Shown here in pieces: positions 11,171 to 23,900 of a DNA stretch of 64,000 nucleotides. Under the pieces are notes generated by a model. The model made no database searches. It saw only the letters and a list, made by a program, of their open reading frames with translations, and was not told the origin of the DNA. Every line of letters begins with the position of its first letter. Within the stretch, counting starts at the first letter, position 1. Made by a program: the position numbers and the translations under genes. The stretch covers positions 54,531 to 118,530 of the forward strand of contig JAZSJH010000009.1 of NCBI GenBank assembly GCA_045534265.1, read 5' to 3'. Source of the DNA: Clostridia bacterium (GTDB lineage: Bacteria; Bacillota; Clostridia; Christensenellales; UBA1242).

Positions 11171-11855
11171 GTTGGGGAGAATGGATTGCTTGAAGATTAA
11201 GAAAGGTGTTTGTAGATTGAAATGTTTATATAAAATATTGGCTAGGATTTGTGACGATATGGCGGGGTGGTTTTTTAGTTGGAGATGTTATTTTTTGGAG
11301 ATAGTAGTGAGTTATTTTGTTGATGGTTTTTAGTTAATAAAATAATTTTTATAGGCGACTTTTTAGGTTGTTTTTCTTAATTAAAAATTGTGACTTTTTC
11401 AAAAGGTTTTTTGTCTATTGTATAAAATTAATTTGCAAAATTTCTAATTTTATAAAAAATGCTATAAGTGGCTAAAATAGTAGGGTATAGAGTTAAGACC
11501 GAGCGGTCGGTCGGAATGCAGTTTATTTCAAATTACGGATTTGATTTGGTTTAGTATTTTGGGTTGAGAGTTGTTTTTGAAGAGTTTTGTTTTAGATGCA
11601 AAATGTATTTGTATTTAAGCCTGATTGATATTTTTTAGACCGTTTGGTCGGGTTTTTCGGTGCTAAAATTTTTATAAGTTTTTAAGAGTGTTTTGTTTGA
11701 GTTTTTTGAGTGGGTGGACATATATCTTGTAATGTTTGTCGGGTTTGCAAGATTTGTTTTTATAAATTATTTGGTTGTTTATTTGGTAGAGGCTCGCGGG
11801 CTTTTTTTGCGTTTTATATTTATATATATTATATATATTTTATTTTTGTATTTGA

Positions 11856-11884
11856 TTGACTGGGAGAGTTGTTTTTTATATAAT
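11856..11884 (+). promoter_or_regulatory. Sigma-A-type promoter of giant gene 2
   Basis: TTGACT (11856-61), a 17-nt spacer, then TATAAT (11879-84). It lies about 60 nt upstream of the ATG at 11947. Confidence 0.6.
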
Positions 11885-11946
11885 ATAAAGTGTTAAAATG
11901 TACTTGATGTCGATTGCTAAAACTTTTGAAAAAGGAACGAAGTAAG

Positions 11947-14900
11947 ATGAAAAAGTTTTTCACAATTTTAATGATGATATGTTTTGGCTTTACAGGCCTT
12001 TTATTGGGTTGCGGTGGAGGAAGGTATGACAACCTTACTATTTCTATCAAGACCGAACAGGCAAGAGCGGAAGATGGAAGTATCACGCTATATGTAGGTG
12101 AAGGAACTGAAGACATAACTGTCTCTATGGCGGGAGCTCCTAAGGGCTTTAACTTTGTTCCTTCTTTTAGCTTATCTGAAAACATTGTTAAACTTGGTGA
12201 TGTAAACCATATGCTAGACAATGGTGTAAGAAAAACAATCGAAGGTATTGCTCCTGGATTTACAGTTCTTACAGCATATACAAGCGAAGGTTCAAAAACA
12301 GCAACACTAAAAATCAATGTCATTAAAAAAGCTGAAAGTATATCTTACAATACTGATTACAAAATCGCGGTACTAAATACTGCTGGACACAGAACAGTAA
12401 TTGATACAGCATCTGCGATTTCAATATTCCCAAAAGATAGCAATCAAAACACAATTAAATATTCACTAGCAACACCTGGACTATCTGATGTTGTTAGTAT
12501 AAGGGGTAATGAACTTATTGCTCTTGCAGGCATAGAAACAACTCCATTAACAGAGTTTACTGTAAAAGCAGAAGTTGTTAACCACCTTGGTGAAGTAAAC
12601 GAAAATGTTGATCCTGTTTATATTCCTGTTAGAATAATGGATAACATTTTGCCAGACGATATAAAGTTGTATCAATCAAAAACTGAATATGATTCTGTAT
12701 CAGATGCAGTTTTGAATAATCCAATTAACTCAACTTTGATTTTGTCTAAAAACTATCACGAAAACAATGCAACTTATGTTTTTGTTGGTGTTAATACAAC
12801 AGAGAATATAACTGTTATTCCACCAGCCAATGTAAGTTCTTCTCCAGTAATGACAACTTTGGCTGGAAAACCAACAAGGGCTGGAGTTAAATACTTTGTT
12901 TATAGAGTTCAAGCTATAAGATATAGTGATGTAAAATCTTTGACATTCACAATCACTGTAGATGGATATGAAAATTTCTTTAATTTTACAACTAAGCTAG
13001 ATGTAAAGTGTGAGTTGTATATTAGAAACTTTAGTGTAAATGATGAAACACTTATTGATGGCGAATCACACGAAGTTACTCTTTATACAAACGACCAAAC
13101 ATCTGGAACAATGATAAAGATTGCTGTTGGTAATCCAAAAGAAATTTTGGCGGCAGATGCGAAATTCTTTATTCAACTATACAATCACTCAACAGGTGAG
13201 GTTGTATCATCATCAGATCTTAGCAAATTCTTTATTGTAACAAACCTAGCAAATAACTCTCATGGACTTGTTGAAGAAGGGTACCTAAAGGAAGTTAATC
13301 TAGCATTAAAACTTAACGGAACAACTTTAAGTACAGCAGACTCTGGAAAGTACAAACTTGTAATCACTGCAGAGCAACCACTTGCATTTACATACAAAGC
13401 AACTACAGAAGTGTTTATTAGAATTGTTCAAGGTATCAGTTCTATGGATAGCATTTCTTACGAAGGTGTAGAAAATAGCGTTTCTGATCCTATTAAAATC
13501 AACTTTGAAGAAGGTGTAGAACCACTAAAAGTAACTTTGAATGCACAACCAGCAAGCGAAACTTCTTATGAAACTTTATATGCAGAAAGTACAAATGAAG
13601 CTGTGTTTAAGGTAGTAAAAGAATCAAACCTTGGAAATACATTCCTTATTCAGCCAATATCTGTAGGTAAAGCAGAAGTTAGATTCTGTAGCAAAAACCT
13701 TACAAGCCCACTTGTATACAAGGTAAATGTATATGAAGATATCGAAGACTTCTTCATTTCTGTAGATGAATTTTCTCAAGCTTCATATATCGGCAAATCA
13801 ACTGTTGTTGACAACTCTTTGACTAGTGCAACAATTAAAGCAAATAACGTTGGAGCTTGGTCTTCTAATATCCAACTAAAATTAAGCACATTACCAACGA
13901 CTGCAGAATTTTATGAAACAGAAGTTGAAGTTTATAATGCTGCTGGCGAAGCTGTAGAAAAAGACGGTATTTATATTCAAGACGAAAACTTCAAACTAAA
14001 TACAAGAAACTTGAGTTTTTCAATGAAGCATACAACTTTGGATATGACTTACAAGGTTGTTGTTAAAATGATTAACTTTGACGGAACTACAATACAAAAA
14101 GAATTCCTTGTTAATTCATACGTTCCTATCACAAAGATAACTATGACATTAACAAACAATACTTTGTATAATCCAAACAATCTTGGATACTTTGACCTAA
14201 ATCATACTTCAAAGACATATACAAAAACTCAAACAACAATCGCAACTAACGCAAATGCAACATTTGCATACACTGCAAACATCTTCTATGAAGTAATCGT
14301 AAATGGTACAGTAACTGAGAACTTACTAATCCGTAACGGTACAGAATTTAGTCTAAACCCTAATTACGAAATTACAAAATATCCACAAAAAGTATACTTG
14401 ATTGCATACGCATTAGAATTTGGCAAGAGAGTAGAAACAGAACCTGCAATAATCACTATTAAAGACCCAGTGACAGTAGATGCAATGGCTGTTGAGGGAG
14501 ATATAAATGGTGACATATTATACTTTAAGTTAGGATATGATAGCTTCAAAGATATCAAAATTACTTTGACTCCTAGCATTAACCTATTTAATAGTGGTGT
14601 AAAATGGGTTCAATATAGAGAAGGAACAACAGAAGTTCTTGACTTTGCAGATAACAACGGCGGTCAAATGGTACCTGTTGATACAACAGATGCAATATTC
14701 TCTGTAGATGATTTAGGAAATAACAACTTTAGAATCAATGCAATCCAAGCTGGTAATGCAAGATTCTTACTTATCCCAGAAGACAAAATCAAAAACATCA
14801 ATGGTAGCCATTATGTTTATGAATGGGATAAAATAATTGAACTGTTTGTATCTGTTGCAGATGGTTCTAGACAAAATCCATATCACGTAGCTTCATTTAA

Positions 14901-17900
14901 GGACTTTAAGGATATCGAAAAAGCAATGGATAAGTTCTATGTTTTGACAAACGACATTGCAATAGAAGATAACTGGATTCCACTAGGCTACGGAACAAGA
15001 ACTCCACTTAATGGTGGTATCAATGGTTTGTATTCTAGAATAGTAAACGCAGAAACAGGTGAAAAATATTCAGTTCAATATGACATTACTGATATATCTT
15101 ATGCAGTTGCACTTCCTAGCAATATAAGCCACTATGGTCTTGTATATGCTCTAGGTGATGGCATTGTAATCGAAGGCGAAGAAGATAAAGATAAGGCAAT
15201 TTTGGAAAATATGATTGTTTCTTATAGTTATGTTCAAGCTGAATTTAATGGAGAATTTACTTTTGGTGGTCTAGTTGCTATCAATAGAGGTACAATAGAC
15301 AACTGTAGAGTAACTCTAACAAATGTATCTATTCAACTTAGCGGACTTAGCTATTCTGTTGGTGGAATGGTAGGTCTAAATGATGGCGGCACAATCACAA
15401 ATAAAGATGTTGATAATGCAGTTAATGTAAATATCAATATCGAACTTAAAGCAGACAACTTCTTAAGCGCATACTTTGGTGGTATGGTTGGACAAATGAA
15501 GTCTGGCTTAATTAACGGATACCAAAAAGATTATACAGAAATTGATACTGTTGGTATTACTTTTGGTGACCAAGGTTATGATGTTATTTCTAACTTTAGA
15601 ATAACAACAGACAAAACATATCCATCAGAAATTGTTTCTGCTGTTGGCGGTGTAGTTGGTTTTATCCAAAACACAGACACTACTGCAGTTGACATAAAAG
15701 ACCTTGCTGTTAGCGGTACAGTTAGAGCTAGCGCTATTGATAACGTTGGTGGTATCGTAGGACAAGTAAGTGGCGCTTTAAACAAAGAAGACAATTCAGT
15801 TGCTGTAAGATTCTTTAATAATACAAATAACGCAAAGATATTTGGTAGAAAATATGTTGGTGGTGTAGTTGGTAGAGCTAAATATGCAAGTTTTAATTAC
15901 TGCTCAGCAGAAAACTACAGAGAAACTCAAACAACTCCAAGAGCATTTATTACTGGCGTTGATTATGTTGGTGGTTTTGGTGGTATGCTAGAAAATATCA
16001 ACATCTCAAATAGCTATGTAGTATCTTATTTTGAAAATGCTCCTGACTTCAAGGCAGAAGATATTTCTTCAACAAATAGTGATATTGTTGTAAATTCAGA
16101 AACTGCAACAACAGAATCTAGAGTTGGTGGATTTGTAGCTTCACTTACACTAGAAGATACATATATTGTAAACAAAGTAGCGACACTTCTTAACTCATAT
16201 GTTAGCTCAAATAGCACAAGATACTGTGGTGGTGTATTTGGTTACTACAATGGCTTGGGCGGGGTAAATAATGTAATATGTAAAGGTTTTGCTAAAGGCT
16301 TTAGTCCTGTAACTGGTCAAGGTACAATGGGTCCTATTAGCCCCGCAGCAACATTCTATTCAGCTCTAAACCCAACAGGTATGATCTCAAGCCTAGCTGA
16401 TGTTGTGAAAGGTAGCGGAACATATGATGATACAGCTATCTGGAAGACAGAAGCAACTATCAACGATGGTTTGCCATACCTTCTAGATGATGCTGGCAAT
16501 ATCTTGTTTGCATTCCTTCCAATCACTATCGAAGTTGTTGTAAAAGACCAAGATGGTATGGATATTGATGAGTTCAATAATTCTGGTTATGTATATGTAG
16601 AAAACAATGTAGCGCTTATTTATCTAAATGAGCTTACTACTGGTGAGCTTACTGCAGAACAATTACTAGCATTAAACACTCACAAAATAACTGATTTTGC
16701 ACAACTAAATGTTTTGCCTTGGACTTTGAAAACATCAAGACTTGTTATTACTTCAAGCAACTCTTCAGTTGTTAGAGTATCTCAAGACTCTTTGGTTGCT
16801 ATGAAAGAAGGTTCTGCAAGAATTACCGTTTCTTCTAAACTAAATGCAGATTATAGATGCGAATTCTTCGTTATCATCAAATATGGTCTAACAAACTATA
16901 AACTATATGAAACAAGCAACTTTGCTCCATCTTCTGAAGTAAAAGATGATGAAACAGATCCAATCACAATGGTTGTTGATAAAAAGGTTGCTTTGTATGA
17001 AAATACAACTTACACAAGAAATGTTGATGGAACAGATTATGATCTAAAAGTTACAAATACAACTGCTGTTAAGTTTGTTTTGGAAAATGATACTTACAAA
17101 GATTCATTTATCATTAACACAAACTGGACAATCAGCCACGAAACTTATACAGAAATAGCTGTTTCAACACTAACTACAATTTATTCTAAACTTATTACAG
17201 AAGATGTTGCAGTTAAAGTTACTGCTACACCTTTCCTAGAAGTAAGTTATCTAAATACTCAAACTCAATTGTTCTATGAACATTTGAAAGCAACTTTCTA
17301 TGTAAAAGTTGTAAATGGTGCTGATAATATTTACTTTGAGAGCAGCATTAGCCAAACTCAAGGTATAGAAATTACTCAACTGCAAAGCTTTGTGTTTACT
17401 GTAATTATGGATACAGATACAAACGAAGACGCTATTGTTCCTACAATTACTGATAGCGAAGGCAACATTATTGATGATACTGGCGCTTACGAAGGCTCAG
17501 TTGTTAGACTTCAAACAAATAGTGGTGGTGAAGCTAACATTGAAGAAGTAATTGATGGCAAGAGAGTTTTAGTTGGTAAGAAAGTTTCTTATACAATCAG
17601 CTATGAAGCAGAAACAGATGATGATGGCAGAGTAGAAAGCCTAAAAGAAGACAAAAAGTTTGTAATCTTCTTTAGCAGTTTGCTTGTTCCTGATGTAAAA
17701 GTTTCTCTTCCTATTACTGTAAAACCACAAGATATTGTTAGTGCAGATATTGGTGTATATAGCAGCACAGCTGACTATAACACTAGCGCTTCTGGTACAA
17801 CAAAAAATGGTACAGACAAATTTATCTTCAACGGCGGTGATAATGTAGCGTTACTTACTGTTGAAATTTACCCAGACTTTAGTAGATTTGCAAGTTTTGA

Positions 17901-20900
17901 TATTGTATATACTTCAAGTTCTGGATTCCCAATTTCTATGACTCAACTAAAATATACCAAAGATGCCGGAGAAAATGATGACCCATTCTCTGATTACGGC
18001 GAAGGTAGAGGTACATACGTAACTGGCTATGGTATGAAAGTTGATAAGTCAACAGGCGGCGAACCACTTCTTGGTAGCGGTTCTGGTATATATTCTTATA
18101 GCAAGATATATTATTTCAGTATGATGGTAGGTAGCGAAGTTCCTGACCTTACAACATACACTATGACTTTGGTATTCTATGATAGTGATAAAAATATCAT
18201 TGAACCAAGAAACATTTCTTATACTTTCCAAAGTTTGGCAAGTCCACAAATCGAACTTGGAGTAAAAGATAAAACTCTAAACAATAATTTGCCTATTGGT
18301 ACAAGCAATGAACTTAATGTTCAAACTAAAAACTACACAGGCGATATTGCTTGGGAAATTTCTATTGACGCAAATGGAGTAGAAGATGGTCCTACAGGAC
18401 ACAAATGTATTGTTTGCGGCGAAAAAGACGGAGAACTTCCTAAACAATATACAACTTGCGTTGCATGTATGAACGAAAACTTTGCTTTGCTTGATTCTTT
18501 AGTTCCAACAAAAGATGAAAATGGCAAATATTACTTAAATATACCATCAGACAACTTTGATTTGCTTGGTAGATTTATTGTAATCAAAGGTATTATCGAA
18601 AAGAGTGAAGGTAGCGAAAACTTCACAGACGAAGCAGAAATAAAAGTATATGTAAGCTTGTATACAGTAACTGATATGTCTGTTGATGGATTGAGTGCAG
18701 ATTTGTTAAAACTTCAAATCTATACTCCATACTCTTTGAAAGTTAATTTGAGTGCTGTTTATAATCCAGATGTAGATTATACAACACACAATTCTAGTGG
18801 TTATACAATTGCTAATATGGTTGCAAGACTAAAAGATGAAATAAGCAAAGCAGCTATATGGGAAGCAAACGAAGCTACCGGAGCAGACAAACTAATAAAA
18901 AATAGTACAAAACTATATAACTCATGCTACTCATGTATTTCATATGGCGGTTACTATGCTGTATATGGTGAAATAGTAGATATTATGTCTAGCATTACAG
19001 CAACTGCAAAAGTAGGTTATAGCGGCGGTGTTCCTGTATATATTCCTATAGTTGATCCACCTGCAGAACCAGACCCAGATGCAGAGCCTGTTATTGATAA
19101 TACAAGAAGCAAGACATTCTCAAGACAATTTACATTAACATTTACTTATCAAAACGATATCAAAAACCCAATTCCAATTACTTCTGCAGAAGACTTTATG
19201 AAGATGGAAGAAGGCAAAGATTATCGTCTATCTTCTGACATAATGCTTACAGATTATACTCCACTTACTACTAGAATTTTGAGTCTAGATGGTAATGGCT
19301 ATACAATCTATGTAGCAAGCTTTGCAGAAGGTATTGCTACAACAAACCTTGGATTGTTTGCAACTGTTGCAGGAGCAGACGGAACTGCAGAAGCAACAAT
19401 GATTTACAATCTAAATGTTCATTATATTTCTAATGTAATTGAAACAATTACTTATCCAAATGGTGAAATAAAATATACATACACACTTCCTGAACCTCCA
19501 GAAAAGTATCCACAAAAGACTCTTCTAGACACAACTGCTGTTACAGAGTTTAATTTTGGTGGTATCGCAGGAATAAACAATGGTATTATTACTAACTGCT
19601 CTGTTACAGGTCTTATCTCAATAACAGCTACTGATGACTCTTTGACAGCTGCATATGTTGGTGGTATTGCTGGTGTAAACAATGGCTTTATCACAAATAG
19701 TAACGTAACAGACCTTGACTTGACTTCATCTGGTAGCATAGGTGGTGTTGCAGGTAGCAATACAAATACAATTTCTTCTACTTATACAGATGAATTGTAT
19801 ATCAATAATATTTCTAAAAATACAGAACTATTCTATACTGGTGGTTTTGTATGTGATAACGGCGAAGGTGCAAAAGTACTTGAATGTTACACTCAAGGCA
19901 GAAGAAATGTTAACGACGTAACAATTGTTAATACAAATGAAGGTTTGAAGACTAGCGGTACAGCTGGCGGATTTGTTTACAAAAACGAAGGCTCAATTGA
20001 AGATTGTTATTCTAACATTGCAATTACAGCTTCTGCATTCTCAGCAGGCTTTGTATTCGTAAACGAAGAAGAAGCAGTTGTTAATAACTGTTATTCAATC
20101 TCAAGAGTTGCTCTAAATAGTAAAGCAGCGTCTCCATTTACTGGTATCGGTAAAGATGGCGGTGTAGTTGTAACTTATAATGGTACAATTTCTAACTGCT
20201 TCTATCTAAGAGATAATTACAACAACTTTGGTAACGAACCTGCTACTAGAATTACTCTTAATGATTTTTCTACAAGTGATGTGTTCGGTACATACAATAT
20301 TAAATTAAATACTAATGACCCTAAAGTTGCTGAAGGATATTCTTGGTATATTGCTGGTGGTAAGCCAAGACTTACTCAAACAGATATTAAGACATATTCA
20401 GCATACGACTATAAAGGTAAAACAAAGAACTATACTGCAAATAGCGAAGTTTACTTCAAATATAATAATGAAGATGGTAAATGGTTTGCTTATTCAAAAG
20501 CTGCAGGTATGGACAAAACAAAAGAAATGATAATCACAAGAAGAGCTACACTTGTATATTATGTAGATGGCAATTCTGATGAATATTATTTCAAACCAGC
20601 ATTTGACTCAAATGACAATCCTATGTATGGTACAGTAGCCGGAAAGCAAGTAAGACTATACAATACAATTGATAGTGCAAGAACTGGTAAAGTATACTTC
20701 CTAGATGAAAGCGTTAATAAGATGAAAGGATATAACACAGTATCTGGCGGAATTGATACAACAGATATTGTAGATATCTACTATAGCTATATCGAAGAAG
20801 TTTATGCAGAAGAAACTGGCATTAGTGCAAATGTATGGAGAGATATAGAAACAGGAAAGAGCTATTATAAGAGAACATCTGATACTGGTCTATATGAAAA

Positions 20901-23900
20901 CTTCACAATTGATGCTATCAACCAAGACCCTGTAATGAGATTTGTATACGAACTAGAAGTAGTTTCTGTTACATACAAAACTCCAGAAGGAACAAGCCTT
21001 GTTGACTTAAGCATTGATAGTGAAGGTGAATGTGACTTTACATATATTCTTACTGGCGCTGAATACAAAGAGAAATACGGAATCGAAAACATTCCAGAGC
21101 CATACAAAACATATGGTGGTTGCTACAGCTACAGAAGTTTGGATAGTATTCAATATCATTATGGTTATTCATATTTTGATGAAAATGGAAATAGAATAGC
21201 TCCAGATGATGAAAACAACTACCCAGACAAAACAATGTATGTAATGGGAACAAAAAATAATCCTTACTTAATTTATGATGTTGTAAGTTATAATACATAC
21301 TTTAAGGATAAATTTAACTCTGAACTTAGCAATATTAACAAGAGAGAGTACTATAGAGTTGTTGGAGATATCAACTTTGACTTCGAAAACATCTCAACTT
21401 CTAGCAAAATCCTATTTGGATACCTAGAAGGCAATGGTATGACAATTAGAAACATTACTTTGACCTATGTTTCTGGCAACCAAGAAACTATTGGTTTTGG
21501 TTTGTTCTCACAAAGCTTGTTTAGTATTGTTAACAACCTAAATCTAGAAGTTATAGAGATTGCAAGCTCTGCTCACACATATGTTGGTGGACTTGTAGGT
21601 TGGGCAAGAACAGACGTTCAAGAAACTACAGAAACTATAGATGATAATGGAACTCCTATCGTTTATACTTCTGCACAATTTAATGGAAAAGTAATTCAAG
21701 AATATGATGACATTCCAGAATACCTAAGAAAGAACTACTTCAATAATATTGTTGTCTTCAAAAAAGATAGCGTAGAACTTGAAAATGTAGGACTTGTTTT
21801 GGGTAGAAACTTTGCTGGTGGTTTGGTTGGTTATATGACTGGCAGATCAAAAGCAAATAACATTGACACATCAGTTAACGTAAACGCAGCTTATGTTGTT
21901 TCACCAGATATTAAGGGTAGATACCTTGCATATCAAAATGTAAAAACAGACGCTGAAGTTACAGCGTTGTCTGCAACTAACGTTTATGGACCATTGACAA
22001 AACCAGATGGTGCAGGAAATCAAGTTCCTTATACAAAATCAGATTGGACATACTTTATTAATAGACAATTGTCTTATTCTGGTCTTGCATTTGGTGTAGT
22101 TGATGTGGAAATCACTGATGAAGATGATGATTTTAACGAATCTTACTCTGTATATGATATTTTGGTAAGTGGAAAATTCAGTGGCGCTGGCGGAACAATC
22201 GGTGGTGTAATTGGACTTTTGGCTAAAGACAATATAGCATATAATATCAACGTAAAAGTTTTAGAAGAACAAACAATTAGAGGCTCTCTATATGCCGGCG
22301 GTTTGATTGGTGAAAATAGAGGAAAATTAATTGCTTCTACAATTGATTACGAAGATGAAAAACAAAATAATAATGTTGCTCTAGTAACAAATACTAGAAT
22401 TAACAAAACATTCTTCAATAACAATGCTTCTACAAAAGCAATTGGTGGTCTTGTTGGATTTAACAACGGTGGCGAAATTACATCTTGTGTATCTCACATT
22501 GACGTTAGAAACAGCATTGCAAACGTAGCCGGAGGCGCTGTTGGTAGAAGTATTATGGGTAAATATTCTCATGTTATTGTTTCTGGCTCTGTTAGAGCAA
22601 AATCAATAATGGGTGGATTTACCGGAACATCAAATACTAGATTTGCTTATATTGGCGAAGACGGTATTGGTGTAGCAGCTCAACAAGCAATTTATCCAAA
22701 TGATGGATCAAATGAAACAACAGTTAAAGCTGAATCTATTACAATTACAGCTGATAACTATACATCTTGTATAGCTGCAAATAACTGGCAACTAGATGAC
22801 TACCCATTCTTAACAGAAAAAGAAGCTGTTAAGAGAGTAGCAGGTGGATTTATCGGTTCTGAGGCATTGTCTCCACATTATTATGTAAATATGACAACTC
22901 ACGCAACAGACCCAACAACTGGTCTTCCAAATCCATATACAGCTAGTATGCAAATTTATAGTAGAATGAATAAGTGCTTCTATACAAATTCACTTTACTA
23001 TGGAAGCTATGGCAAAGATACAAACCCAAGTTTCTATATGCCTATAGCATATATTACAGATTTTGATACTGTTACTTTGTATAATGAAAAAGCAGCTGAT
23101 GGCAACCAAGTATTCCCATATATGTATCCATTTATTGCTACAAATACAATTTATGGAAAGGATAATACTTCAAATGCAATCGTTGGTTTGACTCATTATC
23201 AAATCGCATATGGTGATGCTAATATGTATAGCACAGATTATATTACTTCTAGTGCAACACAACCTATCGAAAGTCTTGCAAGCGGAACAGATGTTAATAT
23301 AACTGTTACTTTGCCATATGAAGAAACAATTGAAGAAACAAATCTTTACGAAACAACAATGACTAGAAAATATCTAGCAAAAACTGATCTTATCGTAACT
23401 ACAACTGAAGGTGTAAAATCTTATGCTTATAAATATCAAATGAAATCTGATCAACTGTTGTCTGGTACAGGGCCATTTGTATATACAGAAAAGATTAAAC
23501 CAGATGGTGTTACAGTTCAATCTAGAGAATTTGGTGTAATTGAAAAGTACTTTGTATATGCTGACTTTGTAAATTCTCAAGATTTTGATATCGGCGAAAA
23601 CTTCTATGGAAAGATGGAAGAAGATAATAATGTGTATCCAAAAGTATTTATCAAGAGCAGCAGTCTAGAATGGATGAGCTGGGACGGAAGTGAGTTTAAC
23701 GAAGATGAAAATGGCTTCTATCTAATCGAAAATGAAAAAGAACTAGCAGCTCTAGCATTCGTTGTTAACGAAGATAAAACTGACAGTAAGACTGGCAAAA
23801 AATACGGTGATGAAACTCATAAGTACAAACTAATGGCAGACCTTGACTTGTCAGGTAAATACTGGACTCCAATTGGAACTGAAGACTTCCCATTTAAGGC

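Noticed and set aside
11034-11333. ORF running past the end of giant gene 1, including an internal ATG at 11181 that gives a 51-aa Cys/aromatic-rich peptide (MDCLKIKKGVCRLKC...)
   Set aside because: The ATG sits directly after the terminator T-run. It has essentially no spacer to the only purine-rich patch (ggggaga), and no promoter is visible. The composition simply reflects the G+T-rich spacer.
11693-11896. 67-aa ORF in the spacer (MFEFFEWVDIYLVMF...)
   Set aside because: It has a non-ATG start and no RBS. Its Phe/Leu/Val/Tyr-only composition follows from T/G-rich DNA, and it runs through the gene 2 promoter.
11914-11946. TTG start for giant gene 2, as given in the track
   Set aside because: The ATG at 11947 has a better-placed AAGGA and starts a textbook lipoprotein signal peptide. 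The extension would put 11 extra residues ahead of it.
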